This document shows, piece after piece, positions 1 through 16,299 of a stretch of 64,000 nucleotides of DNA (position 1 is its first letter; every line of letters starts with the position of its first letter). This DNA is from the human T2T-CHM13v2.0 reference genome, Homo sapiens. The translations under genes were made by a program, and so were the position numbers. The notes beneath the pieces were generated by a model. That model made no database searches. It worked only from the letters and a program-made list of their open reading frames with translations, and was not told the origin of the DNA. The stretch lies in NCBI RefSeq assembly GCF_009914755.1, contig NC_060934.1; one strand, 5' to 3'.

Positions 1-418
1 CCATCTTTGTGTTTAGACTGTACTATTAAGAGGAATATAGCAAGGACACCTCTTCTCCATTTCACATGAAGATGGATGTATTAAGTATTAACTAGGTGTT
101 TGCAAAATACTTTCAAGGAAAAAAATGCAATAAAAGTGCTAAATATAATTATTATTAAAAAATTATGACAATCATTTAGATGAGTAATTTTAAAGCTCTT
201 CATTAAACATGATTGGATATTATGTTAATTCATTAAGCTCTACTTCAAGTGGTAGATAAATAAGGTGCATTATTAATATGTCATAAACTAAATGAAATAA
301 TGCCTCATAGGCCTATTATTTTTAAAGTGCCTTGCAAATATTAACAAATGCTTACATTCTTTTGAGGACAACTTGTACGATTTGATAGGAATTGTTGCAG
401 TAATTTTGTTTCTCATAA

Positions 419-691
<273 letters not shown>

Positions 692-939
692 TAAACTACC
701 CAAATAAAGTCTTTGTGAATATTTTAGAAACTTTTTTGTCAGTTTTCTAAGCTTATATTTGTGATCTGTGCGCTTGTGTATGTCTGTATTTCTTTCACAA
801 AGTGTCTTATTGTATATAATGTCTCATATATTCCATTTCTAGTTAAAATATTAAACAGACCACCCTTCCCACACTATTTATGGGCTTGCAATGCTATTTT
901 TTCACTAAAAACAAGTAAAGAAACAAGCAAGTAAAGAAA

Positions 940-2520
940 CAAAAAAGCAGGGTTTCTTAGACAAATGGCTAATCCTAGGTCTGGTGTATAAGATGAGCCT
1001 GAAACATTTTCATAACAGATAGTAAGAAAAGTAGGGCCCATCAAGAGTACTCATGATCCAACCTGGAGCCCAGGCACTCACAGCATCAGAAGCCAACTGG
1101 CTGAATGTTGGACAATTCAGGCAATAACATCAATGGATTGAAATACATCAAATATGTTAAAAATCCATGCCTTCAAAATAATACAAAAGTAAAAAAATAA
1201 CTGTTTACCAATGCAGGATGCTTGTAAATCAACTTATGATTAAAACAACAAACTAATAAATAGAAGGAAAGAAGAAGGTTTTATCCTGTTTTAAATTGTC
1301 TTTATTTGTATTAAATGTATGTGGTAAGTGTAATTTTGTTACATGGATAGATCATGTAGTGGCAAAGTCAAGGCTTTTAGGGTATTCATCATCCAAATTA
1401 ATGTACACTAAGAAACTTCTTATCATCCATCCCCTCAACCTCCCCCTTTCCAAGTCCCTATTGTTTATTATTCCACATGTGAGCATGTTATTTACCGCCC
1501 ACTAAATATCTATGTCCACGTGTGCATATTTTCTAGCTCCCACTTGTGAGAACATGCGGTACTTTCTGTCTCTGAGCTGTTTCACTTAAGATAATGGCCT
1601 ACAGTTCCATCCATGTTGCTGCAAAAGACATGATTTTATCTATTTGCATGGCTTCATGGTATTCTATTATATACATATGCCACATTTTATCTCCTCTATC
1701 AACAAGTAACCAAATAGTAGATGGAGTTTTTTTTTTTAATAGAAGTATATTACAGCTGGCAAGTGAGAAAGAACTGTCAGAATTAGTATACCACAATTTT
1801 CCAACTCTAAATTAATTAATAGACCAAGACATTGATTATTAACAGCTGTTAACATCAATAAAACAGAGTACAACTAAATAGCATATACTTCCTGGTGAAA
1901 TAATGCACACCACTCATGAACTAGTATTGTTTAAAAAATATGAACCTAGTTCTGGTCAAACTTCTAGATCCAACTACTAATTTATAGAAAATCAGATGAT
2001 GGAGAAATATATGAGATGATACCATGGTTGAAACTAGCAAAAATAAGATTGTAGGGAACTCTACAAGGAGAAAAAAAAAACCCTGGTTCTTCCAATATAC
2101 ATACATACTGAAGAGAAAGAGATAACAAGAAGGAAACCTACAGGGTAAAAGAAACTTAAATAAAAATATCAAACAATTGTGAAATGTGAATCTTATTTAT
2201 ATTTTAATTTAAACAAAAAGCTGCTGAAAGATATCGTCAACATTTGTGAAACATTTAGATATGTGAACACTGAATATTTGATTATTTTGAAAAACATTGT
2301 TCACCTTTAGGTGAAATAATAGTGTGTTTATGTGTCTATGTGTATTATACATACACATATATATATATATTTAAAAGGATATTTGTCTTATAGAAATAGA
2401 TCCTGAAAAATGTGTATGGATAAAGTGATATGAATTTCCTTTAAAATAATTTTAGGGCGGAAGGTAGCCACAAGATAACCATTTATTATACTCTTCTGCC
2501 TACCTTTACATATTTTTGAA
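940..2520 (+). mobile_element. Old L1M (L1MC-like) 3' fragments, interrupted by a younger L1 piece
   Basis: Diverged similarity to L1MC 3' UTR-type sequence (gggtttcttagacaaatggctaatcctagg; caagtaaccaaatagtagatg). Boundaries approximate. Confidence 0.45.
1300..1690 (-). mobile_element. L1PB/L1MA-type 3' end fragment
   Basis: tcccacttgtgagaacatgcgg...catccatgttgctgcaaaagacatgatt. Minus-strand translation WHMYIIEYHEAM..KIMSFAATWMEL resembles the L1 ORF2 C-terminus. Confidence 0.8.
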
Positions 2521-2590
2521 ATTTAATAATAAAATATTTTAAAATATACTGACTTTTCTTTCTTATAACAAAGTTTTCTTTGAAGACATG

Positions 2591-2969
2591 TGATATGGTT
2601 TGGCTCTGTGTCCCCATCCAAATCTCATCTTGTAGCTCCCATAATTCCCACATGTTGCCAGAGGGACCCAGTGAAAGATAATTGAATCATGGTCAGGGCC
2701 AGGGGGGTGGTTTCCTGTGCTGTTATTGTGATAGTGAATAAGTCTAATGAGATCTGATGGTTTTAAAAAGGAGAGTTTCCCTGCAGAAGCTCTCTCTCTC
2801 TTTGCCTGCCACCATCCATTTAAGATGTGACTTGCTCCTCCCTGCCTTCCACTATGATTGTGAGGCCTCCCCAGCCATATGGAACTGTAAGTCCATTAAA
2901 CTTCTTTCTTTTCTAAATTGCCCAGGCTCGGGTATGTATTTATCAGCAGTGTGAAAACTGACTGATACC
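2591..2969 (+). mobile_element. THE1 (MaLR) solo LTR
   Basis: Starts tgatatggtttggctctgtgtcccc and ends gtgaaaactgactgatac. 5-bp TSD acatg at 2586-2590 and 2970-2974. Confidence 0.92.
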
Positions 2970-3310
2970 ACATGATTGCCAAGGTTTCCCTAAGCATGAT
3001 TAATAATATATTATTGCTTATTAAATAGATCAGAGGGTCTAAAACCTACAAACTGTGAGGCCTTGAAAGAAACTTGATCTAGAATTTTTGTATTCCAATT
3101 TTATTATATTTGTCTCCAAAATTTATCTGTTTTTCTTACACTGATTATTAAATAGTCTAATCTTTTCCCATTATTGTGAAATGACCCTGTTGCTTCATTC
3201 AAGTACACTGTGTATGCTTCAGTTCTCTGGCATGTCCCTGGGCTAATCCTGGGTTCTACTTATTCGTTATTTGTCTCACTGCTTTTCAGCTCCTCCGTTT
3301 CTTTTGAATT

Positions 3311-3382
3311 TCTCTCTCTCTTTCTCTGTCTCTGACACACACGCGCACACACACACACACACCCACACACACACACACACAC
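3311..3382. repeat. Compound (TC)n/(CA)n microsatellite
   Basis: tctctctctc...acacacacgcgcacacacac...acacac. Confidence 0.9.
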
Positions 3383-3924
3383 GAGAATTTCCCAAATGTT
3401 TGATCCTTGACTAACCATTTTTATTTAAAAGCAGTAAAAAAGCAGATTGGAAACCCTGGATATAGGGGTTAATTGAGTTATAGCAGCAGTGATAAGTCCT
3501 TTTGCTTTGGCTGGTCTGTTTCTACAGCAATAAATCTTCCAATCTTCTGCCTTGTCTGCCAGCTTTCTAGAAGTTAACAGAAGAGCTTTTCTTGAGGGTG
3601 GGGATATAGGAACCTAATGCTCCTTATATAAACTTCAAGACACCTGTGTTTTCAGCTCACCCCACTTTCAGAGGTACCTGATTCCTTCAATCCCTGATTC
3701 TTTCCAGCAGTCACATGCAGGAATGGGATGCTTCCTGTTGGTTTTCCTCTCTATCTGCATAGGTGATGATAAGTTTCTAAAGTGTTTGCTTCCTAAATGA
3801 GTTGTGACTATAAAGAAACTTTCTAGCTTCCAAACCACTGGTGATATCTATGCTTATTTTCTTTTATTCTTGAGGGCAGATGCCTTTTCTCTTCTTTTTT
3901 TAACTGTTAAATGAGGTTTTGAGC

Positions 3925-5448
3925 TGTTAGAGATAAGTTCCAAAAATAACTAAAATCATAACTCTCAAAATGTTAAAGATTTTATTTAACTTACTAATGA
4001 GGAAACTAGTGAGACATTACAACCAGTTCAAAGAAGAATCCAAGGAACAGATGCATTTATAATTAGCAATATTTAAATGAATGTGCAAATAGAGGCAAAA
4101 TTTGTTTTTTCTTCAGTAGGAGAGCAAAATCAATTAAAACTCTACCAGACAGGACAGAATGTGTGTGTCTATGGACGGGGATGATTTTGCATTGCTTTTA
4201 GTTATTGGCAATTTACAGAGTTGTAAAATAACTCCCCCAGAATTGGAATCATCAGATATCACAGAAAAGTATGCTAAGACATTGCCCAGTTTTCCACTGA
4301 AACACATTTTTCCCCTACATGGCTCAAACAGGATGAAGCCATGGGTTCAACTATTGAAGTTTAAGTGAGTGTATCCATACCTAATTTTCCTTTCTTTCTT
4401 TTTTCTTAGGTGAACTCTACTAGACGATGAAGTAATGCCTGCATGTTTTTCTGTCAATACAAAATAATCAATAATTTGCTTTACAGTTTTGAGAAAACCC
4501 ATTGATGCTATGACAAAGGTTGCCTGCCTTTTCCATTTTGCTGCTGTTTTCATATTTTTTCTTTTTTCTTCTAAACATCTTAATGAGTCAGAAGTATCAT
4601 GATAGAAAACTGTTAAGCTGGTATTATATGATACCAGATACCCTTGAAAATATCTCATCTATGCAGTTTCACCAACATTTACACAAGACTTGAAAAGCAC
4701 CCAAGGTCTGTCATAGCCAGAGAATATTTTCTCCTCCAGCACTTTCTGTAAGGTGTGAGATCATTTGATTTGTGCATGAGATCAAAATACCAGATCAAGT
4801 GCATCAGTGAATTTCTAATTCTTGGAATGCCTTGTGACAGTCACTGTCTTGGCCTAATCAGAATTGTTATTTACTTTAGAATTGCCCCACCCATATGGTC
4901 CTCTCAACAGTTCCTGGTGTCCACAGCCCAGGCTGCTGTCAGTGTTCCAGTTCCTTGTTGCATTCATAATTGCTCCAAAGTCATTCTTCAATGTGCAAAC
5001 TCTTTCTGCCTCAACCATTATCAGTTGAACAAGTATATTTCTATGGTTTGTGCTGTTTCTGTTCCTGAATGCAACTGCCCAAATCCATGGCAAAATAAGA
5101 CCTTTAGGATATAAGAATATGAACTCTTCTTGAATACTACTGCTTTTCATGTCTTCTTCTTACGTCTTCCACTAAGTCTGCAGTAAGAGACTTGCAGCCC
5201 CTATGGTTATAGGTGGGGAAAAAACAAGAGTGTTGTATTGAGACCTGCCTTCAGGCCTCTTTCATTTTTCCAAATCCCTTTCTTCTATGTTTTCTTTTTT
5301 TAATTTTTATTTTTTTTCCTATCTTATTGAGCAACTTCTCTTCTCTCAGCTATAGTGCCTGGAGATAAAAGCTGTCATATTGCAGCTTAAATACAGTTTC
5401 AACATATTTCAGTAGCAGCTATACAATTTCTATAGAGTCAGGGATTAA
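3925..5448 (-). mobile_element. Probable ancient DNA-transposon fossil (Looper/piggyBac-like, family tentative)
   Basis: The left part (aataactaaaatcataactctcaaaatgttaaagattttatttaacttactaatgagg) resembles my recollection of Looper. The right end reads cagggaTTAA, like a piggyBac AGGG-TTAA terminus. Minus-strand frames are broken by stops. Confidence 0.4.
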
Positions 5449-6410
5449 CGTCAGCAGTTTGGTTGGAAAAAGGCAGGGAGAATATTGAAACCATGTTCAT
5501 ATGACACTTGACATAGAATTGAGGAAATAACAATTTTCCATGACAAAGAATGAGAAGGAACAAGTATGTATTATTGGGGATCTGAATGCTTGATCCTTGC
5601 TACCTCCTAACCTCTTGGCCCTACAGCTGACTCTATTATGCCCTTTGAGAAACATCGTAAACAAAAGTAGTGGGGGTGGGGTTTTACAGAGGCAGGCAGA
5701 TGAGGGAGTAATCCACAAGTTTATGGGAGTAATGAGGTAAGATGGAGATGGAACTTATCTTGAAATATGTGAGAGCAGAGTGATCATTTGCACTCAGCCA
5801 TTTCTTAATTCTTAGAACGCAAAAGGATGGGGAGACTTCTCAACCTTCACTGTGTTCCAACTTCTAGGAATTTAGGACTCATGTAAAGTACAATATGGTC
5901 ACCTGTCACGTGTGGTTTGCATTCCTGTTCTTTCTGCAAGTACATCATAGCATGTCCCCCAGTTTTTCAAGTATATGACAAATGTGATTTAACTTCCCAT
6001 TACAGTAAATTACGATGTCGAAGACAAACAAAGCTAGATGTTGGTTAAAGACGTCCAGCAGTTGGTTAAGACAGATTTTATTCATATAATAACTATTACA
6101 ATAGGGAAGAGAGTCTATTGTAAACTGAGCTCAACTTTGCCAGAGCAAGAGACAGAAGTGTTCTTAGATGCTGGGGTATGCTCAAGGAAAGGCACTGATT
6201 GGTGTTAAGCATGGTGGGGGAGCAGAGATCAGACCATGTGATTGGGCCGTCAGGGTTTGCTAACTGGTGCTTATCCAGAGGAGAAACAAATTTCTCCTAT
6301 CTTTCTGTCAGAAGGTAGTAAGTTGGAACAAGGTGCCCACCAAATTTAGGCCTTTATCTTCCCACAGGGACTGAGAGAGAAAGAGATAACTTTTTAAACT
6401 TTTGCATTTC

Positions 6411-8681
<2,271 letters not shown>

Positions 8682-8918
8682 TGTTTGCATTTCAAAGAGA
8701 CACCCCTCTACCTCCTGCCTCCCCTTCACAGTCCTTGAGAAGACAGTTTGGGGTGGCAGAATATTTACATATAAACAGGCAGAGAAAGGATTTATAATTG
8801 CAAACTTTCTAAAGTATCTGCTCTAAGAGGAGCTTTAGGGGCCTATAAGCCTATCACAAGCTTTTGACTGGAACAAACAGTAAATTCTCCTGGCAGTATT
8901 GTGCTTTCTGGTGCAGGC

Positions 8919-9225
<307 letters not shown>

Positions 9226-10279
9226 TAATGAGGGTAGGATGATCTTTGGGACACAGCCTTAAACTGCTAGAAGCTATGCTAAAGTTAAGTCTCTTAGTGG
9301 TGGAATTTGGGTGGACTGATTATTGCTCAGAATTTTTTGTAGTTCTCAGTGGAAGTTCTTTTTTTAAATAACCCACTAGTGACCTTATTGTTGTAATGGT
9401 GGACATTGGCAGTGAAAGACTATCTTTGTACCAGATTACAACCCTGTAAGCTTCTCAAACACTCAGAAAAATCCAAGAATTCTCAAGAAATTGACCCTGT
9501 TCAGTCAATCAAGCCAGACAAGCATGGGGCCAGGTGGTACTGTGAGATTTCTTGGAGTCCAGTGAAAACCTAAACAACCAAACAAACAAAAGTAATGTGA
9601 CCTAGTTACCAAAATATTACGCTTCTTCTTTGTCATGATATGTATATGTATGTGTATGTCTCCCTTTACAGGCCATGTAGTATATTTCCCACCCTTAATA
9701 TTAATATTTTGTAATTGTTACAGCAACCTTAAGAATTTTCCTAGGCTGCTATTCATTAAGGAGGATACTGGCCCTGGGCTATGCTTGCAGCTTCCAGCTC
9801 CTCCCAGCGAGCTATTAATTCTCTAAAAATGTTTTGGTACTTAATATGCTGCCTCCTAATTTATAGCATCTCACTAAGAAGGAAACAAAAACAAAAAAAA
9901 ACACCTAATGTTGTTTGACCTCTGCTATATCAGCATGAGGGACACATCTGTGTCTCAACAGCTAATAAAAATAGAGTCACAAGGGTGATGGGCAAATTTT
10001 GGTGAGTGATTTTTGTTGTTGATTACCACAGACACTAGAACTAAAATTTCAGTAGGTTGCTACTGATTGCATGTCATGGAATGCTGGGCCATGCATCCAC
10101 ATCAGTTTAAGTAACAGTGGTTAACTGGTTAAGTCATTTTCCAGACACAGAAAAAGTTTGAGGTACATATTTTTTCTTGGTAATCCAAAAGAACTTCCAC
10201 ATCATCACGTAATTGTTTATTTGCTATTTTTACAGACATTTAAAAAATGGAAAAACAGAAAGATTCAGTAGTCATTTAG

Positions 10280-10420
10280 CTTTTATAAAAGAAGCAGATG
10301 CCAGGGCCCCACCTACAGAGATCTGACAGAGTTGGTCTGTCCACACAGAGCCTAGATTTTTACATTTCATCAAGTGATTTTGATATATTTCAAGCCCACA
10401 CATTGGGAAAAACTGCTTTC
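10280..10420. mobile_element. MER5-type hAT DNA transposon fragment
   Basis: gcagatgccagggccccacctacagagatctgac...caagtgattttgat. Confidence 0.55.
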
Positions 10421-11099
10421 AGACACTTAACACATTTAAACAGAGAAGCTTTAGCTCAAGTTTGCATACAAAAATCTATAAGTGATGGAAGCATATAATT
10501 GGGCTGCTGGTTGAGAAAGGCAGAAAGCAACAGGAGGCCATTGAGATAAAGAGGAAAAATGGTAAGAAAATTAGGCCAACTATTTGTAGTGCACTCATTT
10601 CATTTTCTTGTTTAGTTTACATTGGTTAGAAGAAGATGACATGGACTAAGTGTAAGGTGAGGTAGTGGGAGTCGAGAACAGGAAGACCACTTTAGGGTGG
10701 GGAGGTCTAGAATAAGAAGCTGAGCTTAGAATGTGATGTCTGTGTGAAAAGAACTTTAGAGATCTCCAGATTAAAAAGAGATCTCCATATTTCCTAATAA
10801 GGGGAAAAGAAAAGATATGTCCAATAAAAGAGAAATAATGGGGACTTCTAACAAATATTGATGAAGTGAAGGAATGAGACTTCCAAGACTGGGTCATAAA
10901 GGACACCACAGCTGTTCTTTGCTCTCTCAGGTCATTCTGTCTGGGGAAAGCCATCTGCCATGTCATAAGGACACTCAAGCTGTCCTGTGGAGAAGCCTAC
11001 ATGACAAGGAACTGAGGACTCCTTGGCAATAGCCAGTGACGAGTTTAGGCCTTTAGCCAGCAGTCGTGAGTGTGCCATTGTGGAAGCAGAGCCTTTGGC

Positions 11100-11292
11100 C
11101 CATAATTTTCAACCAAAGGTGATTTTATACCCCCATGGACTTGTCAATGTCTAGAGACATTTTGGTTGTCACAACTGGGAGGTGGGGGTAATACTAGCGT
11201 GTAATGGTTGGAGGCCATGGATGCTGGCCTCATAGATATATGAGGTATATATTCATCCCCAAATATCAGTAGTTCCAAGGTAAAGAAACCTG
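11100..11292 (+). mobile_element. MER20 DNA transposon
   Basis: caatgtctagagacatttttggttgtcacaactggg...aaatatcagtagttccaaggtaaagaaacctg. Confidence 0.85.
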
Positions 11293-11351
11293 CTCAGTCC
11301 CAGTCAAGCCTTCAGATGACTGCATCCCAGTTGACATTTGGACTGCAACAT

Positions 11352-12245
11352 TGAGGCAGGATATTTCCCTGACCTCTTCACGGGACTCACAGAGGGAGTG
11401 CCTCATTTACTCAACCCACAGTTCTTGACTCCTTGTGGGAGGAAGCACACAAGTGAGTGAGGCAGGAACTGGAGTGCAGAGGTGCTAGAACTAGCCAGCT
11501 GCTTTGGCACCAGCAGGGGTGAACTTCATTCACTTGGACCTGCTGTGATCTGCCCCTGGTGGGAGGAAGCATGCAGGTGAGTTGGTGCAGGAGCCAGGAT
11601 GAGCGCTTTTAGGGTGCCAGCAGGAGTGAACTCCATTGTGGGCCCTGCAGCAGCACCTGGAGGGGGTGCCTGCAACCCATGAAGCCGCAGAGGCAGCTGC
11701 CTTCCACCGGTGAGGGCAAAGGGTCAGTGTGACAGCCTTTTTGTATCCACACTCTTGGCTCCTGAGCCCTTATCTAGCATCTAGGAGAATGGAGGTCACA
11801 CGAATGAATTGAAGGATGGTAAATGAGGGGGATTTTATTGCCAATGAAAGTGGCTCTCAGCAGGAAGGGGAGCTGAAAAGGGGACAGACGAGATGGGAAG
11901 ATAATCTTCCCCTGAAGACTGGCCATCTCCAGATGGATTTATCTCAGAAGTTAGGCCCTCAAGGTTTCCCTCTGAAGTCAAGCTGCTTCTCTCCTCTCCC
12001 CAATTGTAGCCTCCAACATCTAGCTGCTTCTCTTCTCTCTGCTGGCTGAGCCTGGGGTTTTTATAGGCAGAGGATGTCAGGTAGGGCAGGCCATGGGTGG
12101 TTTTGGAAAAGGCAACATTCAAGCAGGAAAACAGGGATGTCAGTTCTCACTTTGAGCTAGTCTCAGGTTTTTCGGCTTGAGGGTGGGGCTTTGACAGGGA
12201 CCCACCCCTGTCTGCCTAGAATTTCTCTTCCTCCTGTCCCCATCA
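11352..12245 (-). mobile_element. MER52 (ERV1) solo LTR
   Basis: Begins tgaggcaggatatttccctgacc and ends ctgtctgcctagaatttc...cctcctgtccccatca (reverse complement of the MER52 start). GC-rich internal repeats. Confidence 0.85.
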
Positions 12246-14519
12246 ATGTCATGAGAGATTTTGAGCCACAGCCACTCAGTTCATCTGCTCCAGGATTTCT
12301 GACCTTTCAAATGTGTGTGAGATAATAAATGTGTTGTTTTAAGCTGCTGAGTTTTGGGTTATTTATGCAGCAATAAATAACTAATACAGCCCCCAAAATG
12401 TTTCTCTAGGGTTGGAGTAGATATTTTAAGTAACCAAATCAGGCTGGTATTTGGAGGGCATAAGAGGGACAGACAGAACATGAATAAATATTTCTGCTAA
12501 ATAGCATGTTGGGCAGTAAAGTATATTTTATTATCATAGTTCATGAGACTTACCAAAGCTCAATTAGTGATGATTATAACAAGTGGCTTGTTAAAGCTGA
12601 AACTTACATGTTTCATACCTCTTGGCAGAAAGACACTGGTAACTGTCAAGATTTCCAGGAATAATTAAGAGTGCTGAATGAGGCAGCAAGGCCTTATGGA
12701 ATCAGTAAGTAAAGAAAAACAGAAGTTGCATATTTACAAACTGAACAGTGAAGTGAGTAGGTGATAAATAGAGAAGCTACCAGGATAGAAGCAAGGTATG
12801 TTAGAGATGATGCTGTCATCTTTGTAAACTTTAGTGGAGGGCTCAAAGAAGAGAAGTTGAGGCTGATGTTCTGCAAATGTGACTGAATGCAAACTCCCTG
12901 GAGAGCCTGTGGAAATGCAGATTGAGGGGCTGCAGATTCTGCATTTGACTAACAAGTCCCAAGAGAAAATGAAAGAACTTGATTCTGTAGAGAGGACATT
13001 TCTTCTTGTAAGGCCTCAGAGATGAAAGGGAATTATATTGATAAGACACACATATTTGGAAGATGAGAAAAGGGATCCATTCTCATACAACTAGTTCAGG
13101 TTTTTTTTTAAAAAAAAAAACAAAGGTGGTGGGGGTGGATCACCATAATCCTGCCAAGAGTGAAAGTAATAGGAACAGAGGGGGAAAGCAGCAGAGGAAG
13201 GGCAATGGTTTGGAATAGCTGCAAGGAATAAATAAAGTGGCGATGAGCTGTGCCATAAGAGCGAGGGCCTCATCAAGTTGGGATAAATAGGATTTACTGA
13301 GCTACAGTACACAATCACAGGAACAAGAGGACTAGAAGCTTCAGCTTTTAGAAATGCCACACACATACACTTCTAGGTGGCAGGGGGGTGCAAAGCCAGA
13401 GATTACGTACTACTGCGGGTGTCTTTTCTTTCAACGAGACTCTGTGGCAGCCAAAATTTGTAGCTGAAAAGTAAGCTGCACAGAGCAGTTAGACAAGAGC
13501 ACTACATTATTTGTGCAGTTTTTTGGGGGCTTGTGAAATGGAGCTAGAAATACCATTTTTTTTCCTGGGGTTGCATGGGATGCGACCGTAAGTGAATACA
13601 TCATGGTGATAGGCTGGACATGACCCCTTTCCCTCTTAAGTGAAGGTTGAAGGAGCTATGTTGAATGAGAGGATTTAAAACACATTTTACTATTCTCAAG
13701 AATTTTATCTCTCATTGCAGGCTTTTTGGCAGGTAGTTAAGATTCCATGCAAATCATTTTAAAATAAAGAGGGTTGTGTGCTCACTGACTGTGTAGTGTT
13801 CAGTCTTCTGAATATATCTTGGTGTCATTTTCCAATAAAATGAGCAGGAATATAAACCTTGGGTTAAAAATAATTCAGAAATAGCAGTTATTCTATCCCT
13901 ACAGCATGCAATGTGTAATCTTTGAAAACAAAATTACTCCCAGACACACAGAAATGCTTAATGTATAAAGCAAAAAGCTATTATTATATAGTCATCTTAG
14001 ATTTCTTCTAAATGTGTGCACAGCACAAATAATTAATAAGTGAATGAACATTGTTAAACATGCCTGTTCGAAAGTCTCATCATTAGTTATTTCATTATAT
14101 ATTAATTGTTTTCCTGTATTGTATAACTTTTTTCTGTTGATATCAAGGTAAATAAAATATGATTCTTTTTCCAAGGATTTCAGAATCTATTAAAGAGACA
14201 GCTAGGGAAATTTATACAGCAATGTAATAAATGATATGTTAAAGATAAACATTATAGGAAATAATTCTTCTCCGTGGAAAGAAACCTTCCTTGGTGGCTG
14301 AATCTTCAGGTAACATAGAAGTTTGCCTTTTGATATATTTTTAAAGTGTTATACGTATCTCCCACCAAAAATATATTATTGGTACAATTTCTGAAGTTTT
14401 AAAAATTATAAACAATTTTATATTGACTCTGAAAGCAAATTATTGTCTAAATCAGTAGTACACAGTTTATTTTACTGAGAAAGTTTTATTTGCCTTAACT
14501 ATTATATAAAATATATTAA

Positions 14520-15620
14520 ATAAAATGGGTTTTTCATTTAAAATGATATACTGTCTTATTTCTTATATATCAGAATAAATTCCAAATGGATCAAGGATTT
14601 TCGTGTTAGAAATAGTACAGTGAAAGTACACGAAGACAAAATAAAATGATTTGTATACTTTCTTAATGAAAAATAAAGGATAAAATTGTCACATTTAAAA
14701 ATATTCTACAGTAAAAAATGGCATTAAAAAACAAAAGAAAAAATGACAACCTGTAGTAAACATCTTTGCAACAAATAAGCATTAATTTTCTAAATTCATA
14801 GAAATATACTTAAAACTGAAAATCAAAGGATCAATAAAAACAATAGGATATTTTTAAGTACATGAAACAGATTATGCAAACACACATGAAAAATGCACAC
14901 TTCTTTTTTTCGGGTGTGGAACATTAACATAATTAGACATGAATTTTCCTTCATCCAATTGACAGTTGTTCACGGGATTGGAAGAATGTGGAGATACAGA
15001 TACCCTCCTCTACTCTGGGAAAGGGAGTAAGATATCCTTAAGACAAATTTAGTAAAAACTGCAAGAAATTAATGGAGCAATTTTACTTCTACATATCTAT
15101 TTATCCTACATATCTATTTACATGTGTTGATAGCAGTAATGCTGATTACAGTATTGTTTGAAAGAAAATCTCAAAAACAATCTAAAAGCTCATCACTAAG
15201 AACTAGATCAATTATCATGTGTCCATAAAACAGAATATTATGTGACTATTAGCAAGCATAATATAAATCTATATATACTGCTTTGGAATTAATTATATCA
15301 AAGAGATGTAGATATAGGACTAAACACACACAAACAAGATGTCAGGACATCTTTGTAAAATTTTCTCATTCATTTTAATAAACACACATATGACCTTGTA
15401 TTAGTTTGCACTCTGAAATTACTGATATTTGACATTTTTAACCTAAAGAAAAGGGACTCTCATAGAGTTCCAACTAATATCTAAAAGTAGTTTCTTGAAG
15501 GATAGTCAGGAAACTGTTAAAACTGTTTGCCTCTGGGGAGAGCATCTAATGCAGAAGGCAGGTGCAATTTTAAGCTTTTAAACAAGTTCATGTATTACTT
15601 TTCAGCTGAAAAGGGATTTT
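14520..15620 (+). mobile_element. Degraded L1ME-type 3' fragments
   Basis: aataaattccaaatggatcaagg...acacatgaaaaatgc...; A-rich L1 ORF2/3' UTR-like sequence. Confidence 0.55.
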
Positions 15621-16299
15621 TTTAATTACACAAGTTAAAATAAATAACTGCATTGGCAACAGACAAAAAAATTGAGCAATATATTGAAAAATCTTTACAT
15701 AATCCCTATCACTTATATTACAAGAACTTTGGTGATCTCTTACTTTTCTTTCTTTCTTTCTTTTTTCTTTTTTTTTTTTTTTTGGTAGTAACCTCCACAT
15801 GCTGGAATGCCTCAGAGTACATTTTAATATGATTGCATCAAATAAATACCAAATTTGAAAATAGAAAAGCATTAAACCAATTACATAGGTGTCCACTTTA
15901 GGTTTTCTTGAATGTCCTGAGAATGGAAATCATATCAAACAAATTGTAGTGAAACTTTATAGGGTCATTTTCTTTACATATCCTTTCCTTTTCCTAAAGA
16001 ACCACTCCTGTTTTTCCCCTTCCCAAATCTTTAGTTCTCTAGCCCTCATTTCCCATTCTCTTTTGCTGCAATCCACCTGTCTGAACCATTTGCCCAGGTC
16101 TAAGCCTCTGTCTTTGCATCTCAGCCCTGCCTGGTACCTGTCCAGCAAGGGACTGGAAGCTGCTGGTAAGAAAGGTTGCTTCTCCATCAGCAGTCATGGA
16201 GGAGAAGGCGGATCTAAAACATTAAGACATGCCCCCTCTTATCTGTCACATCATGCCTCATATATCTATTTTATAACAACCCCCTCAAAATTGGAAAAT

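Larger units (their letters stand above)
10850..12388 (+). mobile_element. MLT1 (MLT1D-like) MaLR LTR, interrupted by MER20 and MER52
   Basis: gacttccaagactgggtcataaagg...ggaaagccatctgccatgtc...aaggaactgagg. 3' end aataaatgtgttgttttaagctgctgagttttggg...gcagcaataaataactaataca. Confidence 0.8.
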
